Under the pieces are notes generated by a model. The model had not been told where the DNA came from and did no database searches. It was given only the letters and a program-made list of their open reading frames with translations. Source: an uncultured bacterium (GTDB lineage Bacteria > Chloroflexota > UBA5177 > JANWHV01). From it: DNA of 64,000 nt. Within the stretch, counting starts at the first letter, position 1. Every line of letters starts with the position of its first letter. The stretch covers positions 32,001 through 96,000 of the forward strand of contig CAWHAE010000016.1 in assembly GCA_963827235.1 (NCBI GenBank), given 5' to 3'. Below are positions 48,671 to 58,627 of the stretch, in pieces. Position numbers and translations under genes: made by a program.

Positions 48671-49570
48671 TCAGGCGCCCTGGCCCTGTGAGGGTGGCCG
48701 CCGCAAAGCCGGCAGCCGCGCCGGATCGTGGCCCTCCTTCGCGGCGGCCGGCGCAGCGCCGGTCGCATCCGCCGACGCCGGATCCGGTCGATCAAGAAAC
48801 GACTGGATCAGCGCATTCACCGTGCGCGCCTGGTTGAAGAACAGGTCGTGACCGCCCGGCACGACGCGCACCTCGGCGCCTGGAATGGCGGCCGCGATGG
48901 CAGCGGCGTTGCGCGGCGGTAGCAGACGGTCCTTGACGCCCCAGACGATCAGGGTGGGCGCGCGCAGTCGCGGCAGATCGGGGCGGATGTCGGAGGTCCG
49001 AATCTGGCGAAAAGCATGCCAGAGGAGGCGCGGCCCTGCCCGCAGTGCACCGCCTGCGACGATCGGCGTAAAGCGAGGGTCGGCCTCCAGCCGGGAGCGG
49101 AGGGCGCGCGTCATCAGCCCCAGCGCACGCGTGTCGAACGGCAGACCGGCTGGGGCCAGCAACACCAGACGCCGGACGAGGTCCGGATGGCGCGCCGCGA
49201 GCATCACAGCCAACTCACCGCCCATGGAGTGGCCCACCAGATCGGCCGGCGCCAGCCCGTTCAGCTCAATCCAGCGTGCCAGCACGGCGATTGATCGCTC
49301 GAAGCTATATGAGTGGGTAAGGCGGCTGCCGCCGAATCCCGGCAGATCGAGCGCGTAGACCGATCGCGACTGGGCGAGCGCCGCGAGGTTGCGTTGCCAC
49401 CAGCCCGCGTCGCCGGCGTAGCCATGAAAGAGAATGAGCGGGAGGCCCGACCCGGCCTGCAGCCAGGCCAGTCGTTCGCCGTCAACCAGCTGCTCGTGGC
49501 GCGACGCTCCCGGCCCGGCCCAGGACGGGGCCGGCCACTGCCTCGTGACAGGTTGAGTAGTGCCCTTCAT
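48671..49570 (-). CDS. Alpha/beta fold hydrolase
   Basis: LFHG, DLPGFGGS, GHSMGG, PTLIVWG.KD, GGH; start uncertain. Confidence 0.88.
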   Translation of the reverse strand: MKGTTQPVTRQWPAPSWAGPGASRHEQLVDGERLAWLQAGSGLPLILFHGYAGDAGWWQRNLAALAQSRSVYALDLPGFGGSRLTHSYSFERSIAVLARWIELNGLAPADLVGHSMGGELAVMLAARHPDLVRRLVLLAPAGLPFDTRALGLMTRALRSRLEADPRFTPIVAGGALRAGPRLLWHAFRQIRTSDIRPDLPRLRAPTLIVWGVKDRLLPPRNAAAIAAAIPGAEVRVVPGGHDLFFNQARTVNALIQSFLDRPDPASADATGAAPAAAKEGHDPARLPALRRPPSQGQGA

Positions 49571-49875
49571 CTTGCCCTTGCTCATCGCCGGCCTGCTCTT
49601 CGACGAAGCGCATCCGGGGCAGGCTGCCTGTGCCATCATGATACCGATACCGTCATATTCCCGACCGTCGCCGCCCGGCCTGCTGCCGGCACAGCATTCC
49701 TTGACGCCGCTCGGACCGGCGGAAGCCGGGCTCGGCCGGACCGCCGCGGCTCGATCTCGATGCAGTACGCCTGCCTCGCGGGTACCTCGTCCAGAGGCAA
49801 GCGCCAGCGGCAAGCGGCAGGCGGCTCGGGTTGGTTGCAGCGGTTTCAGCGCCGATGATATACTCCGGTAGGCAG

Positions 49876-49949
49876 GCGCTCGTAGCTCATCAGGATAGAG
49901 CAGGGACCTTCTAAGTCCAAGGTTGTGGGTTCGAATCCCACCGAGCGCA
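49876..49949 (+). tRNA. tRNA-Arg(TCT)
   Basis: Acceptor GCGCTCG/CGAGCGC, anticodon loop CTTCTAA, T-arm GGTTCGAATCC; extended -10 TGATATACT upstream. Confidence 0.93.
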
Positions 49950-49961
49950 CAGGGCATTCAT

Positions 49962-50035
49962 GGTGACCGTAGCTCAATTGGCAGAGCACTGGATTGTGGC
50001 TCCAGTGGTTGTGGGTTCAAGCCCCATCGGTCACC
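49962..50035 (+). tRNA. tRNA-His(GTG)
   Basis: G-1 plus acceptor GTGACCG/CGGTCAC with C73, anticodon loop TTGTGGC, T-arm GGTTCAAGCC. Confidence 0.93.
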
Positions 50036-50308
50036 CAGCTATTTCAGGCAGGCAGATAGAGCCTGGCCCAGAGACGCGCCGCTCTCAGATGGCGCTCGTA
50101 CTATCGGTCTCTGCTCAGGACGTGCTGCTCCAAGACGGCCGACGCGGCATCCGGTTGGTCGCTGGTCGGTCGCTGCCGGCAGTGCCGGTCTGACCGAGGA
50201 GGATCCTGCTCGGCATCAGGGCGGCACCGCCGAGCACCACACGTTCTGCCGGCTGTGTGAGCGCGCTATTGTGACTGCCGGCGATCGGCGTGGTCTGTGT
50301 GGACACCT

Positions 50309-51624
50309 TCAGGACGGCGCTATCGGGCGCGGCGGCTGCCGGACAGAGGCGAGCGACCCCCCATGTGCCAAGGATGGCAGCAGGATGCCCGCTGCGCCTG
50401 GGCCCGGCGCCCGTAGTCCCGGGCAGCCTGCAGGACGGGCAGGGGGAACAGGCCGACCGACTTGGGGATCAGTGGAGGCGGCACGCTCAGGCGGCACAGT
50501 CTGAGGGTCCGAGGCCTCCTGCCGCTGCAGGACAGCAGGGCGGCCCGCAGACTGGTATCCGCACCGGCTGCCGCCGGATGGAACGCCGCCGGCGGTACCG
50601 GAGGCCGCGTGGCTCTGTGCCGCGGGCTGAGAGGAATTCGTTTCGCAATTTTCGTCTCGCTCGGCGGCACGGCGCTGGGTCTGCAGTCGGTCGGGATCGT
50701 GCGTGGCACGAGCCAGCTCGCGCGAGAGGTGCGCTTCGTAGCGGGCCAGGCGCTCGAGGGCTGCCAGGTTGGGAGGTTGTGCACGGCCGCTGCTACGGCG
50801 ATCTCCTCGTCCGACCAGGAGCGATCGAGCTCGGCGCAAGCGTCGTTCGCATAGTTGAGCGCGGCGGCGCAGAGCGCGGCGAATGTTTCGTGCGTCTCAG
50901 CAAGCAGGGGCGCGAGGGCGTCCTGCAGCGAAGCGGCGGTCCACTGCCGCCGGACGCAGTAGGCGGCCAGGTCCTCGTCGGGCAGGGCATCGCGAAGCAG
51001 GGTGACGAGGCGCTCGGGGTCCTCGTAGGGGGCGAGGAGAGCCTGAAGCAGGTCGTGCGCATCCTCATCGACGAGATCGGCGTCGCCGTCGAGCTTGGCG
51101 AGCTGCGAGAGGCGTGCCCGCTGGGCGGCGCGGTGGCTGCGCTCGGCCTCCAACTCGGCCGCGGTTGAGGGCCGGCAGTCCGGGCCGGTGTGCCGCCGCT
51201 CGGCGCTCTCGCAGGCGAGCCGGAACTGGTCGCGGGCGATGAGGGCAGCTTCATGCCGAGCCACGCGTGCGAGCCGCCAGTGCAGGAGGGCGAGGCGCTC
51301 GGCGAGCACGGTCTCCAGGTAGCCGGAGGGGACGAGGGTGGCGAGCACGGCCTGACGGTGGGCGTGCCAGGCCGCGGGCTGCTCGTAGGGGGTGGCGATA
51401 GGGTCGTCGCTGAGCAGGCCGTGGGTGCGGGTGTTGCGGCTGGCGGCGGCCTTGCCGGCGGCGGTACGGGGGCCGGTCTGGCAGCGGGCGGTCACAACGG
51501 TCTCCGGCCGCGCCAGGCCGGAACGATGCGACAAGCCTGGCGCGGCCGGAGAGGCGGCGTTCGACCCGCGAGCCGGTATCGCGGCGACGGTGGTTCGCGG
51601 CGTGTGCACACGTGGGCTAGCCAT
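50309..51624 (-). pseudogene. Uncharacterised protein of the 'TGPRT..GK..SRN..HGL' type, frameshifted at ~50772
   Basis: ORF 50320..51624 has TGPRTAAGKAAASRNTRTHGL and E..LAERLA...WRL.R..R.E; the typical tail LERLARYEAHLSREL...NCETN lies in ORF 50309..50839. Confidence 0.65.
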
Positions 51625-51650
51625 GCGGCGACCTCACTTCCAGCCATACT

Positions 51651-51664
51651 GGTACATATGTTCT
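51651..51664. promoter_or_regulatory. LexA (SOS) box, Gram-positive type
   Basis: GGTACATATGTTCT, one mismatch to GAAC-N4-GTTC, 27 bp upstream of the ATG at 51624. Confidence 0.6.
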
Positions 51665-51987
51665 ACTACGCGTATCGTAGCACGGAAATGTTCGAAGTCA
51701 AGGAAAACAGACCCGCGATGCGGGCGAGCAGCCGCGGGTCAGCACCTGTCTCCGGGGTCTGCACGAGATACGGGCCAATGGGTGCTCTACTACCGGCACA
51801 CTGGCAGGGCGCGATGGCAGGCCAGCCGACGGTGCAAGGCACGCGGACTACCGGCGTTTGATGGGCGACGAATTGCTGTACTCGTACCTACCTGTCACAC
51901 CAGGCCTCCGGTCGGGTCATTCGCACGGCGTGTCCTCACGCCTATACTGGCTCCAGATCGGCGACTCACTGGCGACGGAGGCCTGGT

Positions 51988-52995
51988 GTGATTGTCAAAG
52001 AACTGGACCCGGCCTATCCGCGCGACCGCCTAGAGAAGGCCGGCCGAGCCGCTGAAGAGCAGATGGCTTTCTATCTGCGCCGCGCTTTCAAGGACGATCC
52101 CAAGGTCCATGTCTTCAACGGGCTGCGAATGATTCGGGAGGGCGAGGTAGCCCAGATTGACCATCTCGTGCTGCACAAGTACGGCTTCGTGATCGTCGAC
52201 AGCAAGAGCGTGACGACGGAGGTGCGGGTCGATGCGCACGGAGCATGGGCACGCGTCTTTCACGGTGCCGAGCACGGCATGCGATCGCCGGTCAATCAAG
52301 CACGCCTGCAGGCTGAACTGCTGTACTCCGTGCTCGACGATCACAAGAGTGAAGTACTCGGAAAGGTATTGGGTCTGCAGAGACGATTTGACAGATTCCC
52401 GATGGACGTCTTGGTGGCGATCTCAGACGAGGGGGTGCTCAAGCGCAAGCCCGACGTGGCACCGGAAGCTTGCAAGGCTGACCAAATCGTGGACCGCATC
52501 GACCAACTCATAGGGCATTACCGCAGGTTGGCAAGCCCGTTCGCTCCGACTCTCAAGGTAGCCATAAGCTTTGCTGAAAGCCACATTGACCGAATCACGT
52601 CCCTCCTGATTGCGCTTCACACTCCACTGCAGCTTCAGCCCGAGCACGCGGCGCCAAGTCCGATCAATCGTCAACGTGCAGGCGCCCTGGCAGGCGCCAC
52701 GACGACGGACGCAGTTGACAGTGCAGCGCAGACATGGAGCGCCTCGGTGTGCCGGCGGTGTGGCGGTGCCAAGCTCAAGCTAGAATACAGGTTCAACTTC
52801 TTCCTTCGCTGTCTGGACTGCGACGGATCGACGCCGCTAGTGCTGAGCTGTCCTTCCTGCCGGACACTCCACAAGTCTGTCCAGAAGGGCAGTGCCGCTC
52901 GCAGCGCGGACGGATGGTTGATCAGGTGCCGTTGCTGTCACACAGAGATTCCGATTCGAGCTACACATTGTTCTCCGGCAATTGCCACGACATGA
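51988..52995 (+). CDS. NERD (nuclease-related) domain protein with C-terminal zinc ribbons
   Basis: G..AE...A.YL, QIDHLVL..YGFVIVDSKS, SPVNQA..Q; CRRC, CLDC, CPSC, CRCC; GGAGG RBS. Confidence 0.85.
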   Translation: MIVKELDPAYPRDRLEKAGRAAEEQMAFYLRRAFKDDPKVHVFNGLRMIREGEVAQIDHLVLHKYGFVIVDSKSVTTEVRVDAHGAWARVFHGAEHGMRSPVNQARLQAELLYSVLDDHKSEVLGKVLGLQRRFDRFPMDVLVAISDEGVLKRKPDVAPEACKADQIVDRIDQLIGHYRRLASPFAPTLKVAISFAESHIDRITSLLIALHTPLQLQPEHAAPSPINRQRAGALAGATTTDAVDSAAQTWSASVCRRCGGAKLKLEYRFNFFLRCLDCDGSTPLVLSCPSCRTLHKSVQKGSAARSADGWLIRCRCCHTEIPIRATHCSPAIATT

Positions 52996-53206
52996 GAACG
53001 TGATGCCGGAGCCGCCACCTGAGTCCGCGACTGCCAGCGAAGGCAAGATGGATTGGAAGGCGACGCCTGACGCTGCGTCTGACCGCTAATGCTAAGTTCG
53101 ACCAGCTGGTCCAGCTTCATCAGGCTGGTGTGGCCGCTTTGGTCAAACCAGGGTGGCTGAGCTCGTCTCAGGCAGGCTTGCTGGAGGGAGTCTCGAAGGG
53201 ACTCTA

Positions 53207-53408
53207 GCCTCAGGGCCTCTTGCCGTTATTGAGCGGCGGAGGTACAGACGTCACCGCCTCAGGCATTGCGCTTGGGGCGGTGGTGTTGTGCTTGTATCGA
53301 CACGAAGGTGGGACTGACGATCCAGTTCTGCTGCCGAAGGCGACTGATCTCCTGCCTGACTCGCCCCAGGGTCCGGCACCGGCAGGCGGTGCAGCGAGGC
53401 CCTGAGGC
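53207..53408. repeat. 202-bp segment bounded by 13-bp perfect inverted repeats
   Basis: GCCTCAGGGCCTC (53207-53219) / GAGGCCCTGAGGC (53396-53408); internal hairpin at 53252-53282. Confidence 0.55.
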
Positions 53409-53410
53409 GG

Positions 53411-53640
53411 TCACCAGGAAGATGCTGCTCGGCGGCGAATCGTCAGATGGTACGTGACTTCTCCAGCCACTGAGCCTGAATAGCTCAGGTCGATCGTGTG
53501 CCGACCCGCCGCCAGCGGAGCCAGCATGACGACGATGACGTCAACCACTGCCTTGCTGGTACCGGGCCCAGGCTGGGGCGCACTCCCCAATAGGTAGTCT
53601 GCAGCGGCGAGTCGTCAGATGGTAGGTGGCTTCTCCGCTG
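53411..53640 (-). pseudogene. Two orphan C-terminal gene fragments of a secreted-protein family
   Basis: ...VMLAPLAAGRHTIDLSYSGSVAGEVTYHLTIRR and, in another frame, SGEATYHLTTRR; ~33-bp imperfect direct repeat at 53432-53464 and 53604-53636; no start codon or RBS. Confidence 0.55.
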
Positions 53641-53653
53641 CGTCGGTCTGCTG

Positions 53654-54634
53654 TCAGGGCGTGTAGAGGAAGGCGTGCTTGCCCCCATAGCCGCCGACAA
53701 TGTCCCCCTGTGCATCGGTTTTGGAGGGGATGGTTGGAGCCCCCTTGGGATCCATCACATCGCTGTAGACACCTTTATGCAGCAAGAACCCGTGGTAGAC
53801 GGCGTTGCTGTCCTCGCAAGAGCCGACGATGTCGCCCTGGGGATTGATGCCGTTGGCCCAGGTACCCTGCTGGGATCCCGACCCGGCCTTTGGGTCGTCG
53901 AGCGTGGTATAAACGCCCTTGTGCAGCAGAAACCCGTGGCTGACACCATCGCTGTCGACGTATTGCCCAACGATGTCGCCTCCTGCGTTGAGCCCATTTG
54001 CCCAGGTCCCCTCATAATTCGCGGGGGCAGATCCAGCCTTCGGGTCGTCTAGCGTCGTGTACACACCCCCGTGCAGCAAGAACCCGTGGTTGACGCCGTT
54101 GCTGTCCGAGTAATCGCCGACGATATCGCCCGGGGAGCTGATGTCGTTTAGCTCCGAACCGTGGCCTTTTGCTCTTGGATCGTCGCGTGTCGTATACACG
54201 CCGTGACGCAGGACAAATGCGTGCTCAACCTGCGCACTGTCGAGATACCCTCCCACGATCGTGCCATCCCGACCAAGCGATGCCGCCCAACTACCCTCCC
54301 CCTGTACAGACCCAGCTTGGGGGTCGTCGAGCGTCGTGTACACGCCGTTGTGTAGCAAGAACCCGTGCTCGACGCCGTTGCTGTCGGCGTACGAGCCCAC
54401 GATTTCCTTGCGCGCGCCGACCTGGGCGATGTCTGCAGCGTAGTTGCCCGACGTGCCGTGAGGGTCGTCGATGGTGGTAAACGTGCCATGCAGCGCCAAA
54501 TTGCTGGCGACGCTGCTTCCCGCTGCCAGGGCGCGCGGCGAGGCGCCGAACTCCCTTGGCGAGCGCAGCGGTGAGAGCGTGAGCAGGGTCACTAGAAGAA
54601 CGGTGAGGACGCGGGTAATGCGTGCAGCGGTCAT
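53654..54634 (-). CDS. Secreted HAF-like repeat protein (six repeats)
   Basis: AGGAGGGG RBS, signal peptide, six repeats VYTTLDDP...GDIVG.Y.DS.GV.HGFLLH.G. Confidence 0.82.
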   Translation of the reverse strand: MTAARITRVLTVLLVTLLTLSPLRSPREFGASPRALAAGSSVASNLALHGTFTTIDDPHGTSGNYAADIAQVGARKEIVGSYADSNGVEHGFLLHNGVYTTLDDPQAGSVQGEGSWAASLGRDGTIVGGYLDSAQVEHAFVLRHGVYTTRDDPRAKGHGSELNDISSPGDIVGDYSDSNGVNHGFLLHGGVYTTLDDPKAGSAPANYEGTWANGLNAGGDIVGQYVDSDGVSHGFLLHKGVYTTLDDPKAGSGSQQGTWANGINPQGDIVGSCEDSNAVYHGFLLHKGVYSDVMDPKGAPTIPSKTDAQGDIVGGYGGKHAFLYTP

Positions 54635-54836
54635 CGTGACTACCCCTCCTTCGGGCTCGCTGCTCCAATCCAGAGCCTGGTGTAGGCGCCCGTGTTTGTA
54701 CAAATACCGCTCGCAACGGAACGAGCAGCGTGTAGCTTCATGCGTGGCGCGGACCTGGCACGGCCTCCTCCCTTCTCGCCGATCTGCGACTGCCCGTCCG
54801 TGTGGGCGATCGATCTCGGGCCGGTTCCGTCGAAGA

Positions 54837-55307
54837 CTATAGGTGAATGGGCGTAACCGTGTCGTCGTCATGATCGGCCGCGTAGGCGGTCTTGCCGTTC
54901 GGCGTAACGGCGAAGCCCTGAGGGTTGTTGCCAACCCTGATCGCCGGGCCAGCCGTGTTGGTGGCCGTTCTGATGGGGATAACCGTGCCCGGGTTCCAGT
55001 TGCCCACGTAGGCGGTCTTGCCGTCCGGCGTGATGGCGATGCGGCAAGGAGTGAGGCCAACGTTGATCGCCGGGCCGGCCCTGTTGGGGGTCACATCGGC
55101 CACGCGACCGCTCGGCGCAGCGTACGCCACCGTCGCCGGCCCGACCAGCAATGTCGCGACGAACACGCCCGCCCTGGCGTATGGATGGGCCTGTGGCGGG
55201 AGAACGCGGGGATTGTCGTTGTGCACCCGAGCGAGAGGCGCGGGTCCCAGTGCGAGGATGGCGAGGACGACCACCAGCAAGGCTGCCAGGTTCCTCTTGC
55301 CTTGCAT
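54837..55307 (-). pseudogene. Chimeric or truncated secreted protein with two YVTN/YncE-like repeats
   Basis: GAGGAGG RBS, signal peptide, NPRVLPPQAHPY, a second signal-like stretch, then only two P..IAITPDGKTAYV-type repeats. Confidence 0.55.
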
Positions 55308-55606
55308 TTCCTTGTCCTCCTCTCCTGCCGAGCGCCAGGCACAAGAAACCCGGCGCACGATTATGCCGTCGTGGCCGGATTCGCCAGTTGCTCGCTGCAG
55401 TCCAGGGGTGGCCAGACAAGAGCAAGCGTCGGCAGGAGGGGAGCGGTCGTGCCGCTCACGGTTCTTGAGGCGTCGGACCCTTTCTAGGACCGCAGGTCAT
55501 TGCATCCACTACACCTCGATAATAGACCTGGTGTCAAGGCACGCCTATGCCGGCCTATCCGCTCTGTCCCGCCCGACGCTGGCTGTCGCCGACGGCATCA
55601 ACCACG

Positions 55607-55674
55607 GCTCGCCGCCGCTGGCACCAGCTCGCCGCCGCTGGCACCCGCTCGCCGCCGCTGGCACCCGCTCGCCG
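55607..55674 (+). repeat. 20-bp tandem repeat, about 3.4 copies
   Basis: GCTCGCCGCCGCTGGCACC(A/C) repeated head to tail without spacers. Confidence 0.85.
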
Positions 55675-55781
55675 AGCCAGTTGTCGTCCGTTGTTACTGG
55701 CAACTCTGCCGACCAGTCGGGTGGCGATGCCTTGGGCGGCTCGCTGCCGTCCGGCAACCGACTCTCAGGTTGCTGCCACGC

Positions 55782-56369
55782 CTATTGACGCTCCCACGGG
55801 AATGTGCTGTCAGGAGAGCCTGGTGTAGGCTGCAGGGCTCGTTCGTTCGTCGTATCGACGCCCAAACTCTGGCAGACACTCAGTACAGGCAGAACGAGCA
55901 TACGAGCAAGGGCCACTGCTGCCAGTGTCACAATTGCCAGCATCGCGCCACCGACGACGTCGCTAGCCAGCGTCTGATACCAGGGCGGATCGTCAACCAT
56001 GTATGTAAGGCCGAACAACACGATGAACAAAGCACCTTCCAGTGCTGCCAAGCCGATAGCGCTCAGCAGTGAGGCCAGCGCACTGAGCATGTAGTGCTCC
56101 GGGTGCAGGTAGGACTCCCAGAAGATCCTGTTCCACGACGCATACGAGACTGTAGCCAGCAGCAGCACGCCGTCAACAACGGCCCCGACCATAATCTCAT
56201 CGCCCGACGCGCCAGGAGCCACCAACGGACCCACGATGGGCAGTAGCGCCGTTACTGCAAGCAGTAGAACGGCAATCCAGATTAGCGCCTCCCGTCTGAT
56301 CTTGAGTTCGTCCAGCATCTCCATCTCCAGATTCTGCAGACCAAGGCTATGGTCGCTACGGTTCTGCAT
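55782..56369 (-). CDS. Hypothetical 4-TM membrane protein
   Basis: Four hydrophobic helices; AGGATGAG upstream; atypical codon usage. Confidence 0.6.
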   Translation of the reverse strand: MQNRSDHSLGLQNLEMEMLDELKIRREALIWIAVLLLAVTALLPIVGPLVAPGASGDEIMVGAVVDGVLLLATVSYASWNRIFWESYLHPEHYMLSALASLLSAIGLAALEGALFIVLFGLTYMVDDPPWYQTLASDVVGGAMLAIVTLAAVALARMLVLPVLSVCQSLGVDTTNERALQPTPGSPDSTFPWERQ

Positions 56370-56896
56370 ACCAACCGCAGACTCATCCTAGCGGTCGAGC
56401 CGCTCTCTACTACATGCCAAACACTCTACGAAAGTCTCACCCGGGCCTGCAGAGCCAGCTAACGGGCATCGAGACCACGTATGCTTTGCCGACTCGTGGC
56501 TGGAAGTCTGAACGCACCGGCGTAGCCCTGGGGCTTGAGCGGTCTGGCTCGGACGGCGATCAATTGGGCCCTGCGGTCACTCCGGCGCCAGTTGGTGACC
56601 GGCAAATAGAGAACCCCCAACCATGACTGTTGGCTCGTGGTTGAGGGATACGGGTTGGTCAGCAGGGGACGACGGATAGCTGTTCTTAGGCAGCTACATA
56701 CGGCTGCTGGGCGACAGTTCCGCCAGGGTCTATGGGTGAGTAGGCAATGCCGGTAAAGCAAGGTCCAGCGTCAGTGCAGCGGTGGGATCCTGCGCGCGGT
56801 CGTGGAGGCGTGAAGTAATCCGCATCCGGAATCAAACGTGCGCCGGTCCATCCCCGTTCCTCGACACTGCAAATCACGGAACAGTCATGGTAAGCC

Positions 56897-57310
56897 TTAT
56901 CTTGGCACCAGCATCGTGGCGCGTTCGCGGACGCGCTCAAAGTGCAGCTGCTTTGCTTTGTCGAGCACACCTGGATCCGCCGCGTCTAGCACCGCCTTAA
57001 GTTGTCTATCCGCGCTTGCTGCCTGCTGCTGGCTGGCGGCAGCGGCCAGTTGTCCGCTCGCCGCACCGGCGGCGTGACCCGCGACCGCGGCAGCAAGCGT
57101 GGTGATCGCCGTGATGGCCGGCGCAAGTACCGTGACTATCGTTTGTGCTGTGTCTTGGGCATCGTGGAACACCTGCACGAGAAAGACGAACAAGGCCACC
57201 ACGGCGATGATGCCGACAACGGTGATCCCGGCCTGCAGACTCGGTTCAACAATCGTTGCGAGCTACGATCGCTGCGGGCTATTGGCAGGTTGGGGATTGG
57301 CTTGAGCCAT
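56897..57310 (-). pseudogene. Small 2-TM protein with an in-frame TAG at codon 16
   Basis: GGGGAGGA RBS, ATG 57310, MAQANPQPANSPQRS*LATIVEPSLQAGITVVGIIAVVALF... in frame with ORF 56897..57202. Confidence 0.6.
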
Positions 57311-57621
57311 GGCCAGCGTCCTCCCCTTCGCTCACGGATGCACTTGGCAGTGATTTGTTCAGCCTTTTGGACCAGAAAGCCGACGCCGCTACCGCTGAGA
57401 CGTGGTATCACACCCTCGGTGGTCGTCGATGTACTGAGACACACTCCCTGACCAGATCGAGCTGGGCTCGGCGCAGCGCGCGGTAAGCCGTTGACAACAT
57501 GTTCAGCACCGTGGCAAAGCACTATTGCTCACCTGGGGATCCCGGCGAGGCGCTGTCGAGCCGCATAACTGAGCCACGTACCGCATCGCCAGTCGCAGGC
57601 CCTGGCTGGAAGACGACTTGC

Positions 57622-57876
57622 CTACGGACGAATTGGCCCAAGAGGCTGAATCGGAAGCGCACAAGCATGATCGCGTGCTGCCAAGAGGCCTGGAAGCTCG
57701 TTCTGCAGGCGCTCCAGCTCGAGCTCTAGGAGAGTCTTCTCTGGTCCCGTAGCGGTCTTCAGCTCTAGCTCAATCTTGGCTATTGTGCGCAATGCTTCAT
57801 TAACGGTGCTTGTAAGCACTTGACAGAGGGAGGGGAACTTCACGGAGGCTGTGGGGTCCGGTGCGGCGCTTGACAC
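57622..57876 (-). CDS. Small hypothetical coiled-coil protein
   Basis: AGGAGAGGA RBS before GTG; helical hairpin flanked by two Cys. Confidence 0.5.
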   Translation of the reverse strand: MSSAAPDPTASVKFPSLCQVLTSTVNEALRTIAKIELELKTATGPEKTLLELELERLQNELPGLLAARDHACALPIQPLGPIRP

Positions 57877-58389
57877 GATTCCTCTCCTTGCAGACTGCGC
57901 TCGGTGGTGAGCATCTCCATCACGAGACTATAATATGCAACCTCTATTGTCTAGTGCGACTACCACTAGCGCCAGGGCTTATGCGTGGGTGGGTGATGGC
58001 GGTGGCTGCCCGCTTCCTCTGACTGTCAGGGTGGAACTCACGCTGGGAGTCTACGCCTGCCAGTCCACGTCCCACCATTTCAGGCCGGTAGCGGACCTCG
58101 CGGTAGTCCCGTGTACAGGGCCACAAGGCACAGTGCGCCGTGAGTGCCCGACAGGACATGGCTGCGTGAGTGAACTTTGAGCATTCCTCGTCGTTCAAGG
58201 CGCTAAGCTGGGGCGGCTTGTATCGACGCACATAGCTCGAGTACTCACGGGATGCAACATTGAAACCAATCGGTCTGTGCCGGACTGCCCGTTTCATCGC
58301 AGTGGCAAGGGCCATAATACTACAGCGACGTTTTCGGCCGGCAAGATCTGCCAGACCGCGACTGGTCGATCATGGGTGCCTTGAAATCG

Positions 58390-58416
58390 TCAAGATTTCG
58401 TGAGATGTGCCGATAC
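58390..58416 (+). promoter_or_regulatory. Sigma-28 (FliA/SigD/WhiG)-type promoter
   Basis: TCAA-N15-GCCGATAC versus consensus TAAA-N15-GCCGATAA. Confidence 0.65.
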
Positions 58417-58627
58417 AGTTTCTAGAAGCTGTATATCCATGCCTGGTGCGAGCGATTGGACTGTGCGGTCGGCGTTTCGGAGGCAGCCGACGGAGGCGCT
58501 TAAGGAGGCGGGTAGGCGAGTGCGCCACACCGGGAACGCGGCCAGCCGGGCGGCGGAAAACGTACTAGCCGTGCCACACCGGCGCGCCTATGACGCGTGC
58601 GAGTACCGGGAGCCGGACGGGGTGGAC

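Noticed and set aside
50091-50100. att-site duplication (GGCGCTCGTA matches the tRNA-Arg 5' end)
   Set aside because: Only 10 bp, matches the 5' rather than the 3' end, and no integrase is nearby
53312-53345. Hammerhead ribozyme (CTGACGA...GAA)
   Set aside because: No stem II and no GAAA core in the correct position
53700-54480. CRISPR-like or DGR-like DNA repeats
   Set aside because: In-frame coding repeats of a propeller protein; no reverse transcriptase, and no adenine-specific variation evident
55607-55674. CRISPR array
   Set aside because: Repeats are contiguous with no spacers, and no cas genes are present
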